A program made the translations under genes and the position numbers. The notes below the pieces were generated by a model, which worked only from the letters and a program-made list of their open reading frames with translations, was not told the origin of the DNA and made no database searches. This document shows positions 23,096-37,189 of a stretch of 64,000 nt of DNA, piece after piece. The first letter of the stretch is position 1, and each line of letters opens with the position of its first letter. Origin of the DNA: Octopus sinensis (lineage: Eukaryota); contig NC_043007.1 of the NCBI RefSeq assembly GCF_006345805.1, forward strand, positions 2,976,001 to 3,040,000, written 5' to 3'.

Positions 23096-26000
23096 AGATT
23101 ATGCTTCAACACACGAACTCATATAAAGGATCTTGCAAACCAAATCCAAGAACGAAACATATATTTTATTACAGCTCATAAACGTTTCAGCATAAATCAT
23201 TGCTATAATTAATGATTTCGTACACCGGCATAAAGTCACTTCTTTAAGGCTAAGATAGAGTCTATAATGCTAATGCTTTATTTTATCAAAACCAGAAGGA
23301 CGTATGACGATATCGATCTTCGTAGGATTTGAACTCGTTGCGCACATAAACGGTGCAAGATGATATTTTATCTGTTAGTGTAGCAAATGTGCTAATGCAC
23401 TTTCATTACCATTCTTGTGTCAATACGCTCTAAATTGTTCTGTGTCTTGTTCAATGAAAACAACACGGAGACAAACGACGCTCGACACAGCTTAGCACTG
23501 ATTAATATGCAACGGCTCACATCTGATGCATTATGGAAGACGCAAAGTGGGCGCTGCATAAGTATGGTGTGTTTCTTCTCATGCATATAAGAAAAATACT
23601 TCACATTTTACTTCTTATCGATTCCAAATCTTACAGACATAAACGTATGTATCGACTCTGAATTATTGTGATTTTATGCAGATGTTCAGCTCTAAATATA
23701 TACAAGTAGATTCAAATCTTTTACATCCTCTGTTCGCTATGAGTGTGTCTGTGTGTGTGTATCTATGTGTCTGTGTGTGTATCTATGTGTCTGTGTGTGT
23801 GTATCTATGTGTCTGTGTGTGTGTATCTATGTGTATGTGTGTGTGTGTGTGTGTATGTGTGTATGTGTGTGTGTGTTGTGTGTGTGTGTGTGTGTGTAAC
23901 TGCGTAAATCTGGCGAACCGTTTTACCTCTTTTAACAGGTTAAGTGATTATAAGCTAGTGGCAAATTGTATTAGGATTAGTAAGTATATCAATATTTATA
24001 AATCGAAGAATTATTTTATATGCTGAAGTGAATAAAAGCCGATATTGTTTGCCAGAGAACTGGCTTAGGACCTAAGAATAATACTGAAAAAGGTGAACAA
24101 TGAAGAATGCAAATAACAAATTTAAAACTAAGAAGAAAAAAACATAATGTTTTGATGATTTGTAAGTAAATGTAGCAATTCAGAGTAAAGAAATATAGTA
24201 AAGCGAGTGATTTTATTGTGTGAGACAAGCGTAAAAGACTCCGTTCGCCTGAAATGACTTCTAAAATTAGAAGGAAAATCTATCTGATTCATACTTATAA
24301 AGTGTTACTTCGAATGAAATTTATAAACTTCTTCAGTAATAAAAAATACTTTACGTTTCTTTAATGCATTCGAATTCTCATAGCAATTTCTTCCCTCCCT
24401 CGCTCGCTCTCTCCCTCTCTCGTTCTCTTTCGTTATCCGTGTCTACTTACTCTCCCTATCTGTGTTTCTGTCTGTATTAAAGGATGTAAAATTAAATTTG
24501 CATTGCATTTATGTTAATCATTTGTTATTATTTCATATCTATAGGAGTGAACGAAATGTTACTGATCTTTGGAAAAATCTGCAACATATAGAAATCCGCC
24601 TGTATACGTGGAACAGAATAATGTTTGACGGAAATCAGTTTTTAACACACTTAAAGATAACAAGTTCATATAAGTCAGCATATCGAATTCTTTGTCTGCA
24701 ACCAAATCTACGATTTGTCAAGAAAACTTTATTAATTCGAAATTGAATGACGGGAAAATATTCTTGCAAGACGCCATTGTGTTCTTTAATGTAAGAGACT
24801 CCACCAGATTAATCTTGAAAATATTTTTAGTGAAATTCCAGACGATATAAATACATGGAAAAATCGATTATCATTTGGTAGTTTGCCGTTCCCTTTATCC
24901 TGAGTCTTATTTGTCAGTTTTAATTACTCAGTCTGGTTGAAAGGTAACGTTCTATAAAGTCTATTGTTAAAGCCTCAGATAGATTTATCGTTGAGAAGGT
25001 TTTCCCCAGTTTATGGCAAAGTTCAGATAATTTTGTGGCAGATAACATTTGTAATTCAATAAATCAGGCAAGCTGGAATATTACATTTACTGAACCATGT
25101 CTTGTCTAAAGTCATACTATATATCTTTTTTAAAACTGTTTTATTCGGGTCAAGTTCTTAACCTAAACATCTAACATCATTTTAGCCTCCCCCCTAAAGC
25201 CGAACAATGTCTAGTTTACTTGAATTCTTACGAAGCAATTTGCATCAATAAATCGATGCATTTATTTTGATATAAGCATTTCCGATTCGATGATAAGTAT
25301 TACTCGATAACAAACAATGATACCCCACTTGAATTTCAATAAACGTTTCATTTATATATGAATAATATAGATAATTCAAACTACACTATACGGAAATATA
25401 TATAGTCTATAATATCGATATATGAATGTATAACTATTCGACAACAAATGAAAATTTTAAATATATAAACTGTAAAAGTATTATACAAATGATGCTGTTA
25501 TATCTAATTTCAACTCTGTGTTCGATTTACCGATTCCACAGTTTGTAAAACATGGTTCCGTAAAAACTGGTATTCTAATTTGAGTTGTTTTCTGTAATAT
25601 TTGTTAGAATTTATTGCATTATTTACGTGGTACCATATAATGGTTTGAATATATGATATTTTATAAGTAGATATTGAATAAATAGTTGACGATATATATA
25701 TTTAAAAGGATACACAGCATGCTGGGCTAAATATCTATATACAGTCACGTGTTACAAGTGTTGTACGAACGCAGCTATGATACCCAACATACAGAGACTC
25801 GTAGAGCAGAAGGCACAATTGACTGAGATGAAAACCGCAGACCTGTGTAATTGTCTGGTATTTCGACCAGGTGTATTCGCTTATTGTAATCGTCACTTGC
25901 AACAAACTAATGTTTTACAAAATGAATGTCTTTTTATCAGAAAATTAAACATGTTCTGATAGTAAGGGTGTACTTAGGAAATCTCTACGCTCATTCTTCG

Positions 26001-26689
26001 AATAAATAGCTAACAATTCGTGGAAGAAACAATTTATATTTCAATAAGAACAAATTATTAATGACCTAAGAATGTTATTTTCATTAAAATTTATTCTGAT
26101 GATGTAATGTAAAGCGCCATTGCTCAAGAGATTTAAATTATCGACAATAAAATTATAAAATCCTGTCTAAGACTGTTTCTTTCTGTGACGCGACGCATTT
26201 CTCCCCCAGCTTGTTACAAAACAGTATTTAACAGATTCTAAATGTGTCTGATAATTATTTCTATATTTTCAATAAAGTCTAAAACTTTATTTGGCATGGA
26301 AAAACTTTTGCATTAAACGTTTGAATACTTTTGTATAGTGTAAAAATTGCTTCTTATCAGAGGTCGTCGCATGAAGACTTTTGATAGAACTTTTATCAGC
26401 CGAACAATCGACATCGATTCTTAAAAACGGAAAACAGTTTCAAAACTCGGGAAATACACAAAAGAAGTGGTATCAAGGGAGACTGCATTATATTTTTCTT
26501 TGAAAAGATATAACTACTAAAATAGAAGTAATAATACACCACATATCGATGGCAATTTCGCCAGGCAGTTTCAAAATTGACAACACAAGCGTCTCTACCT
26601 ATACTTTCTGAATAAACATCTGTGCAGAAAATTAGCATAGTCTGTGTGAGAATATCTTTTATCTTTGATCTCTTCTCTTGTCTCAATTA

Positions 26690-26843
26690 TTAGACTGCAG
26701 CCATGAAGAGTTTAGTCGAACAGATCGATCACAGTACTTACATTCTTAAGAATTTTACCCGTTATCGGCCTTTTGCCGAGGCGTTAAGCCAAAGAGGACC
26801 TAAACAAACCTCTCACACTCTCTTTTTCTCTCTCACACATACA

Positions 26844-26915
<72 letters not shown>

Positions 26916-27003
26916 CGTATGTATATGTATTTGTCGTTGTGTCTATACACACACACACACATATATACATATATATATACAGACACAAAAGCGCGCACAA
27001 CAA

Positions 27004-27040
<37 letters not shown>

Positions 27041-27173
27041 CGACAGGCTTCTTTCAGTTTCCGTCTACCAAATCCACTCGCAAGGCTATAGTATAAGGTG
27101 CCACGCAGTCGAACTGAACCTAGAACCATGTGGTTGGTAAGCAAGCTACTTACCACACAGCCACTCCTGCGCC
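26690..27173 (-). mobile_element. Degenerate, internally deleted family A SINE with expanded internal microsatellite
   Basis: The head at 27041-27173 (CTTACCACACAGCCACTCCTGCGCC) is clear; the tail at ~26690-26810 is degenerate. Confidence 0.7.
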
Positions 27174-27227
<54 letters not shown>

Positions 27228-27417
27228 TATGTGTGTGTGTGCGTGTGTGTGTATGTATGTATGCATATAGATAGGTTTCGGCCACATTGGCCCAGGTCAT
27301 AGCTAACTTAATAGCATCAACTGGAAAATATATTTAGTAATGTATTTTTGCATATTTGTTTTTAGGCGCCATTGCCCATTCGGTTAAAGTGTTGCTGCTT
27401 GTATATATATATATATA

Positions 27418-27626
27418 TATATATACCAATTAAGGACTGAACACGAAAAGTGGACAGTCAACATGCTAGATATAGACGTCAAATCGCCATTCACCACAAA
27501 AGATTATGTTCTCAGATCAAACTCAGATCTGAGAACATAATCTTTTGTGGTGAATGGCGATTTGACGTCTATATCTAGCATGTTGACTGTCCACTTTTCG
27601 TGTTCAGTCCTTAATTGGTATATATA
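27418..27626. repeat. Perfect palindrome: 101-bp arms, 7-nt spacer
   Basis: 27418-27518 is the exact reverse complement of 27526-27626 (checked base by base). The spacer is AAACTCA. Confidence 0.95.
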
Positions 27627-29759
27627 AATATTTTAATCTTCGGATTCTTTTTTAATATGCTAGACCACTGGTCTTAATTGATAAATATCAATTTCTACCC
27701 TTAATTAATTTTATATATATATATATATATTTTATAGTTTAATCGATATATATATTTTGCTTGTATATATATATATATATGTTGCATATATATATATATA
27801 TCATCTTTTCTGCATGTATATATATTTATGTTTTTGTTTATGTACGTATGTATTTATGTATAAAAGTATGTGTGTATGTATGTATGTATGTATGTATGTA
27901 TGTATGTATGTATGTATGTATGTATGTATGTATGTATGTATGTATGTGTGTGTGTGTGTAGAAAAGCTCTAACCTTACCAGTTTTCTTCGCCCTGATCTT
28001 TATAGAGTGTTTCATATTGCTGTGAATGACGTGTTTCATGTTCAGCGGAACCAGCTGCAAATTATGTTTCGCAGCAAAACAATTCTATAGTTTTACAGTT
28101 CGAAGAAAGCCATTTGGGCAAAGTGTTTACTGCAGGATCTGTTTGAATAGAATACACAGAACAGATGTCAATGTGTATTAATGGTGACAAGTCAACTAGA
28201 TTAAGAACACCTTTTCCCTCTGTAATGACCTGAGGAGTGTGTTGTGTGTATATATGTTATTTATGGTTGTTATTATTTTAGTTTAGTCGTTCGATAAGAA
28301 ACATTGCCTTAGGTGAGAATCCTGTGCGCCAGGAATTGATATGTCAAAGTGTATCCTATGTAAAGAGGATAGAAAGATTTATACATAACAGAAAGTGTAG
28401 ATGAGCCAAGTCAAAGAATTAAGATTGCAAATTTAATCTCTCTGTTAAAAAGTACTTGGAAATATTTTGATTTTAATTTAGTGGATTCAAGTAAAATATG
28501 ATTATATGAGTGTTTTCCTTAAGTTCTTAAAGAAGACAGTTACTTGGCTTCACTAAGTAAAAATAAAAATGTTTCCAAGTATTTTTTAACAGAGAGACTA
28601 AATTTGCAATCTTACTGTGTTCTATAAAAACTGACAAAATCAATTAGATATCTTGGGGGATATACTACTGCCTAATACATGAGTAATTTTCATAATACTG
28701 GCAATTTATATAATGTGTAAATATCCTCCAGTTAGGGTCTTTGGAATCTGGTTTATCAATAAATATATTAACAGCAAATTATACAGTACTAGCCTTGATG
28801 CCACGCATCTGGGTAGCTCATGCGAAGGGGACCTTTGAGGCCTTTGGGAGCCATTCTCCATATTTCTTTTTACAGTTTTATTTTTCAATTTGTTCTGACG
28901 ATGAAAATTTGCGACATTTTCACGGAGTTATATGTACTTCCAAACTCACTGTAGTTATTAATTCACTTCCTATTTTACGACTTGAACCTCCATTCGCACT
29001 AAGCAAATGAAATATATGACTATCATAGCTATCATAATTTTTCCATCACTTCAGCATTTCCGAAAAATATATTAAAATGATATTGAGATGAAATGAATAC
29101 GATCTATTTCATCTCAATCTCATTCTATCTGACAATATTCTATATTACAAATCTATATTACATACAGATTTGTAATTCTATATTACAAATCTGTGACCGG
29201 AACAGGAAGATTAGTTTTCCATCTCGACGTAAGTCTCATAAAATACAGAATACGAATATCCACACTACCACACCTGAAACGTACCTGTGATAACTCGATT
29301 TGATTGTACGTGAACGTATTTAAAGTGCCTAAACTTATTCCTGCAAACGTGCTAAGCACTGATGCTGATCACAGTTTAATCAATGAGTGTAGGAGCGAGG
29401 TAAATGCAGCAAAAATAGTTGGAGGTCAGTAGGGACACATTTAAGCGGACCTTCAGAAATTGAAACTCCTTACGATACTCCCTAAGAGTTCATGGTATGA
29501 AATTCATTGTCATTGCTCCGATTTGGTCGCCAATGCCTCGTATTTAATTTAAAGTGCAGTAAAAATAGGGAGATCAGAGATGCCTCAGTTACGCGGCCCT
29601 TAAAAAAATAGACCCCCTTAGGACATTCCCTGACATTAGGGGAGTTGCTGGTTTGAGTTTCCTCGTCCTTGTATCAACGGTCTATGAGGAGTTAACGAAC
29701 GAAAAACGTAACAAACAGAGAAAAATCTCTCAAATTTACTACAAGATAATAAGGGTTTC

Positions 29760-29962
29760 AAAATTTGAGCACAAGGCCAGCAATTTGGTGGGAGAGTTCA
29801 AGTCAGTTACATCAACCTCAATACTCAAATACAACTAATTTTATCGGCCCCAAAAATATGCACGGCAAAGTCGACCACGGTGGAATTTGAACTCCTGATG
29901 GACGAAATGCCGCTAAACATTTTTCTCGGAGTAGTAACGACTCTGCCAGCTCGACGCCTTAG
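29760..29962 (-). mobile_element. SINE family D, degenerate full-length copy
   Basis: Minus strand TAAGGCGTCGAGCTGGCAGAGTCG...GAGTTCAAATTCCACCGTGGTCGACTTTGCC...GGCCTTGTGCTCAAATTTTGAAA. Confidence 0.7.
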
Positions 29963-30875
29963 ACATGAAATATAATGAAATTACCAAACATGTAAGGAAA
30001 TTATATTTAAATGAAATTCTCATTTTCAAAATATATCAAATACAGAATGAATTAGAAGCGATAGATTCCTCATCTATGTCGATGCATAGCATTAATTTTA
30101 TGAAATATCTCATAGCTGATGATATTCATGTGTGGCTGGCTGAGTCTTCCACTGACGATGACACGAGTGTATCCTTTGATGTTATTCCTAGACCGAGTCT
30201 ATGAATACATAACCCAGAGAACCGAGAGACAACTCTACTCTCTGTACCGGTCTGCTATCTGATTTAGCAACAACGAAAAGGAAAGAAAAAAGGGTAAGCG
30301 AAGTCTTCCATGTAATTTTAATTCAGTGACAAAAAAAAATTGAATATCACAAGGTACTCGATGTGATGCTTTAGCGAGTATTCTAACTTGCTGTTTCATA
30401 TCAATTGCCACTGTCATTCGTATCAAATGATGTAAAAAAAAAATATCATAACATGTTTCCTTTTAACATCTAAAAAATTCTTCTACCAAAACGAAACCGA
30501 CGCCATCCCCGCCCAGAATTGAATGCATCAAAGTGGAATTACTGATAAGTTGAATAACAAGCAAGCAAGAAATAGGATGCTAAATGAGAAAGAAACCAAA
30601 TGAACGAATTTTTCTCGGTTGCAAGTACAAAAGTCACGTTAAACTTTGCTGTTCATTTCGGTGATTTGATGGACTAAGAACATAAATTGGTCCGACACTC
30701 ATACAGACGCAATCATATGTATGTATGCATGCCTCTATGTATGTATGCATGTATTTATTTATGTATGTATGTATTTATGTATGTATCTATGTATGTATGT
30801 ATGTATGTTATGTATGTATGTATGTTATGTATGTATGTATGTACGTATGTGTGTACGTATGTATGTATGTATGTG

Positions 30876-31410
30876 GGTCAGGTCACTTTCGAGTGCTACT
30901 GGTAACATGTAACCCAGTACAACCTGTTGCATGGTCGGGTCGTCGGCGACTAAACCGGCAACTCAACTAAGGTTACTTGGTGAGGAGAGTGTTTATTGGA
31001 CACCCTGCGGGATGAAAAACAAAACCCGTCAAAGGGCGGAGGAACTCTTGAGAGTCAACGGCCATCCAATAAATGCCTTATGGCTGTATCATGCGCTGGG
31101 ACATAGAAATAATCGGACTGTATACCCGATCGCGCGGTTAAACCATTGGGAGTGAAGGACTCCCAGTCTTTGTTAGGGCATCCTTCTAGGAGAAGGTAAC
31201 TCAGGAAACTGGGATAACTCCGACATAAAACCTGCGGCTCAGTGGTTACCGATGATGTTGACTTGTTCTTCTTTTCGGATTATGACTGCTGTTGCTTAGT
31301 GAGTGGGATTGACTCAGTGCACAGCCTTTCCTCACTTTAAAAAAATCTTCTTGCACAGGCATTGCCCGATAACAACATTGATTAAGCTTCGTGCAATGGC
31401 CATACTCGAT
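30876..31410 (+). mobile_element. Probable 5' UTR region of an RTE-type LINE (non-coding fragment)
   Basis: GC-richer unique block with GTCAAAGGGCGGAGGAAC and CTAGGAGAAGGTAACTC...AAACCTGCGGC, resembling RTE 5' UTRs as I recall them. No ORF follows; flanked by (TATG)n on both sides. Confidence 0.4.
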
Positions 31411-31837
31411 AACGAGGGGGCAGCCACCATGTATGTATGTATGTATGTATGTATGTATATATGTATATATGTATGTATTTATTTATTTATTTATTTATGT
31501 ATGTATGAATATATGTATGTATGAATGTATGTATGTCTATATGTATGTATGTATTAATGTATGTATGTATGTATGCATGCATCTATGTATATGCACACAC
31601 GAACATGTCTGTGTTTATATATCTGTTCATCTAATTTGTTTTGTTTGCTTATATGTGTTTTTACGTGTGTATATACATATATATATGTGTGTGTGTCTTT
31701 TATTACACACATCACGCACACAAGCAAACAGACAGGGTAGACAGACACGCTCACTCACATGTATATATGCGCGCATACACAAGTGTGAGAGACACAGAAT
31801 AGAACGTGCAGAGTTCATGTATAGGTGTATAGCATGT

Positions 31838-32117
31838 GACCACCACGTGGTCACCACGTGACCGACCAGACCATCAGATGTTGTTACACATCGCTGGTCA
31901 CAATGCGTTCGCATTGTTTTAGCCTTCGAATGACGCCACCCCGCTGGCTAAGCGAGCAGGCCAACAGAAGAAAGAGTGGTGAAAGAGTACAGCAGGGATC
32001 ACCACACCCTGCCGGAGCCTCGTGGAGCTTTTAGGTGTTTTCGCTCAATAAACACTCACAACGCCCGGTCTGGGAATCGAAACCGCGAGTCCACTGCCCT
32101 AACCACTGGGCCTCCAC
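31838..32117 (-). mobile_element. SINE family B with 11-bp TSD
   Basis: The head matches 4760-4927 with small deletions. Direct repeat GTATAGCATGT at 31827-31837 and 32118-32128. Confidence 0.88.
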
Positions 32118-32924
32118 GTATAGCATGTAGAGGTGAGTAAATAACCTTCTCACCAATCATATAACGACTTACAGTGTCACGAGAGTACCTTGTGTTGTAA
32201 TTCTCAAAACCAGTCAGCGTGAAACAATTCAAGTGAAAACGATAGAAAACAGTTGAATATGGTAACATATTTTACAGATAACATGGTCGAGACTGAATCT
32301 CAGGTTTTGGCTCTTGATGAAATTACTGAGGATGCCTTATTTTCCGTGTTCCAGTGTACAAAACAAACATTAATTTTTGCAAGAAGAAAATACATTATAA
32401 CTTTATGCGACATTAACTATTAAACCAAAATAAAACGTGATAGACCAGAATGGATTATTAAGTTAATTACGGTTTCTGATCAGCAAGGGTGTAGTTTTAA
32501 TTAATTAAAATTTATTGCTTCGCTAAACTAATTATGTTAACGTTAACCTTACCGTATAGCTATTTAACTGAACTTAAACAATAATATATTGGTTTAATTT
32601 TTATTTTTTGCACCAAAAAAGGAATGTCTACGCGGTGGTGAGATCGAATATATTCTGTTTATTTCTTCCTGTAAACGCGCAATAACTATAAAATTAGGTG
32701 TTCGGAAACTGTAAAGGAGCTCGTCGGATGGTTTGTGCCTATAAGCCAAGGATACTGATTTTCAAGTGCGCGCGCACATATACACACATACATACACTCA
32801 ATAGCTTAAGAATTACATTGCACCATATATCCGTTCCAGTATACATACATATGTTACATACATACACACATACATACATACATACATGCATATATACATA
32901 TATACATACATACATACATACGCA

Positions 32925-32958
<34 letters not shown>

Positions 32959-33110
32959 CATACATACATAGATACATATATACACATACATACATACATA
33001 TATACATACATACATACATACATACATACATACATACACACATACATACATATACACACACATACATACATACATACATACATACATACATACATACATA
33101 CATACATGAA

Positions 33111-33552
33111 GGAGTGGTCGTGTAGTAAGTCGCTTGCTTACCGACCACATGGTTACGGGTTGGCATCTTTAGCAAGAGTCTTCTACTATAGCATCGGGTC
33201 GACCAAAGCCTTGCAATTATCTTTGGTAGACGGAGTCTGAACGAAGCCCATCGTATACACCCCCACATATATAAAATAAGCAGGAAATGGAGAAAACTTT
33301 TGATCAACAAACTAACAAATTGACCATATATATATATGTATGCTTGTGTGTCTGTCTTTGTGCCCCCACCATCGCTTGACAACCGATTGTGGTGTGTTTA
33401 CGTCCCCCCCGTAACTTAGTAGTTCGGCACAAGTAACCGATTGAATAAGTACTGGACTTAAAAGGGAATACATCTTGGGGTCAATCTGTCCGACTAAAGG
33501 CGGTGCTCCAGCATGGCTGCTGTCAAAGCACTGATTAAAGTAAAAGAATAAA
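33111..33552 (+). mobile_element. Diverged family A SINE
   Basis: GGAGTGGTCGTGTAGTAAG...CTAAAGGCGGTGCTCCAGCATGGC...GTAAAAGAATAAAA. Confidence 0.85.
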
Positions 33553-33630
33553 ATTATGTGTATATATATACATATATAGTTGGAATTTACAAAAAAAACA
33601 GAAAAGAACACTAGAAAATAGAGAGAGAGT

Positions 33631-33670
<40 letters not shown>

Positions 33671-33682
33671 TTTAGTGGTTAT

Positions 33683-33764
<82 letters not shown>

Positions 33765-33855
33765 AATAAAATATATGCATATCGCCATGTTGAATAGCTA
33801 GCTTCTGCACGCATTTTTTCTCTCCTTGTTTCTCTCCGTGTTTCTTTTCTGTGTA

Positions 33856-33893
33856 TCTTTCTGCTGAAGAGCGTAGGCTCGAAACGTAAAAGA
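33856..33893 (+). ncRNA. Minimal type I hammerhead ribozyme motif (family H3)
   Basis: UCUUU-CUGCUGA-A-GAGC(GUAG)GCUC-GAAA-CG-UA-AAAGA. Stem II is identical to 2049-2086, the ACGU palindrome is intact, and core A6 is changed to C. Confidence 0.65.
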
Positions 33894-34456
33894 CTTGTTT
33901 TATTTATATTCCTGAGCGCCATACTAATACAATTCTTATATATATATATATGAGCACAGGACACCACAAATAAACGTAGAGCGTAACGAGAAACGAAAAC
34001 AAAATCAAAGAAGGAAACGACCTTTTTTTAACAACGAAAATACAAGGAAACGGACTTTTTTTAAAACAACGAAAAAATAGAGTATGGGACAATCAATACA
34101 AGGAAAATTCCCCTTCATCAGCTGCCCCTGGTTCGACTCAATGCGTGTTTATATATATATAATGTATATATAGATATGCACATACAGGAACACACAGAAG
34201 CTCATACACATAAATGTATACATATGTACTTACGTATGTATGTATGCATACATGCTTTTGTGTGTATGCATGTATGAAATGGTCCCTAATTTTAGCAAAG
34301 GGCCTGTAGTTTTTAGGTAATGGGGAGGGTCATCTAATCGATTATACATGTGCACACGCACATGTATATAAAGATAAACATTAAATCTTTGTACATTATT
34401 TACATTATTTACAGTTGACGGATATTTGTCCTCATCTTGTCTGTAGGTATGCCCAC

Positions 34457-34527
34457 GGGCATATGGCGTATTGGTTAAGAGCGCGGGTTACTAACATCAA
34501 GATTCCGAGTTCGATTCCAGGCAGTGA

Positions 34528-34603
<76 letters not shown>

Positions 34604-34778
34604 CATCGAAAACTACCTTAGGAATGAGAACCCAGGTTCGAAATTTCTCCAAGATATCTGATGAAGGCTGGAGGGTATATCAGCCGAAACATTGTGTTAA
34701 CAACAAACAAGATGAGGACAAATATCCGTCAAATGTAAATAATGTACATAATTCCTCATCTCTTAAATATAGAACTGT
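34457..34778 (+). mobile_element. tRNA-headed SINE-like element with (AAT)n linker and hammerhead-bearing tail (family H2)
   Basis: Head 34457-34531 has an A-box-like TGGCGTATTGG and B box GTTCGATTCC (34509-18). (AAT)n spans 34532-34601; the tail 34602-34778 contains the HHR at 34653-34698. Confidence 0.8.
34653..34698 (+). ncRNA. Minimal type I hammerhead ribozyme (family H2)
   Basis: GAUAU-CUGAUGA-A-GGCUG(GAGGGUAUAU)CAGCC-GAAA-CA-UU-GUGUU. The core is intact; the stem III palindrome ACGU has become ACAU (CpG-type decay). Confidence 0.72.
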
Positions 34779-35609
34779 ACCAAACCGCTGGTCCTTAAGA
34801 CAATGGTAGCAACAGTGGTGACAATATTGTTATCATGATGAATGGAGAAGGATACAGAGGGAGAGAGTATAAGACAGTGGTTCCCCTTGACACCCAGGTC
34901 ATATTCCTAGCGACCCCACCTCAAATATCCACCACAAACATAGACCTCTGTCTAAAACAAATTCAAAGTAAATGTATTTCACAAATAATATTTAACCTAA
35001 CGAAGCTATTATTTTGTTGTTTTCACATGAATGAATCGCTCCCACATTATCGCTCCACTTTTCTTCAACGCACCCTTGGAATTTTCCACCAATGGGGCAA
35101 TACTGCCCATTTTGGGAACCACTAGTATAAAACCATATAGCGTATAATCTTACATTCTCTCTCTCTCTCTCTCTCCCTCTCTTTCACGATCCATTCGCTT
35201 TTACTATCAGTAAAGCCACTTCCGCTGATTTTGCCGACGCCACGACCCTAACAGCCAACAGATTCTTACTTCATATTCGAGCTTCTTTTCTTAGCATTAA
35301 ATTCAGTTTATAAAGTAGGAACACACAGCAAGAATACAGAGATGAGCAAAAGTTTTGAGTTGTCCGGTGAAGATTAGAAACAGGAAAACATAGCGGTTGA
35401 TCAAACCGTTCTCTTAGTACTGCTAATCACCTTTTTGCACTTAGATAAGGAGATCTCATTTCAGTTCAACAGAATCTTTTCAGCTATTTCCTAAATTTCA
35501 AAAAAGAAAGACGCAATTATGCATTAATTATGAAACCGACTTCAAAGAAACGCATTCATGCCTTCAAAATGATGGACATTTCTTTAAATACTTACCACTA
35601 CTAAAGATT

Positions 35610-36235
<626 letters not shown>

Positions 36236-36259
36236 AATTTATTATCTTTGATATTTCCA

Positions 36260-37180
36260 TTATCATCTTCTGTTTCCATTTCTTGCCGAGTGTTTTCCTG
36301 ACACCTACGGCAGAGAAACGCACTTTATACATTGGCACGCTATTAAAATAAAAAAAACGCCAAATTGTTCATTTACAAAGTCATGTGATGGAGAAAAAGG
36401 CGAAGAAGATCAGAGAGAAAAAGAAAAAGGGGAAAAATAGAAAAAGTAAACAAATGGCGCAGGAGTGGCTGTGTGTAGCTTGCTAACCAACCACATGGAT
36501 CCGAGTTCAGTCCCACTGCGTGGCATCTTGGGCAAGTGTCTTCTGCTATAGCCCCGGGCCGACCAAAGCCTAGTGAGTGGATTTGATAGAGGGAAACTGA
36601 AAGAAGCCTGTCGTATATATATGTATATATATAAGTGTGTGTGTATATGTTTGTGTGTCTGTGTTTGTCCCCCTAGCATTGCTTGACGACAGATGCTGGT
36701 GTGTTTACGTCCCCGTCACTTAGCGGTTCGGCAAAAGAAACCGATAGAATAAGTACTAGTCTTACAAAGAATAAGTCCCGGGGTCGATTTGCTCGACTAA
36801 AGGCGGTGCTCCAGCATGGCCGCTGTCAAAATGACTGAAACAAGTAAAAGAGTAAATGTAAACAAAGTGAAAAAGGGAAAGAAAAGTCTAAGTGACGATG
36901 TTCTCCTCAGTATGTTTGACGTAGCAGTTAATACAATCTTTTGCACTCCGTGATATGGATGGTAAGGCCTAGGATCATTCTTAAATAATTGTTAATTCTC
37001 TTTTTGATCATTCCATGTGCTCCTACAACCACTGGTATTGTAACCATCGTGAGATGCCACATCTTTTCGATTTCGATTAGCAGATCTTTATATTTTCGGA
37101 GCTTATCAAATCCTTTTGCCGATATATCATGGTCACAGGGTATGCTCGTGTCAATCAATAAACAGACTTTATCATACTTA
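36260..37180 (-). mobile_element. R4/Dong-like LINE 3' fragment interrupted by a SINE
   Basis: Minus ORF DKVCLLIDTSIPCDHDISAKGFDKLRKYKDLLIEIEKMWHL...IPVVVGA (36930-37180). The putative 3' UTR resumes at 36445-36260, whose end matches 38295-38400. Confidence 0.75.
36456..36857 (+). mobile_element. SINE family A, full length, 9-bp TSD
   Basis: Full family A sequence; GTAAACAAA at 36446-36454 and 36858-36866. Confidence 0.92.
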
Positions 37181-37189
37181 TTATGATAA

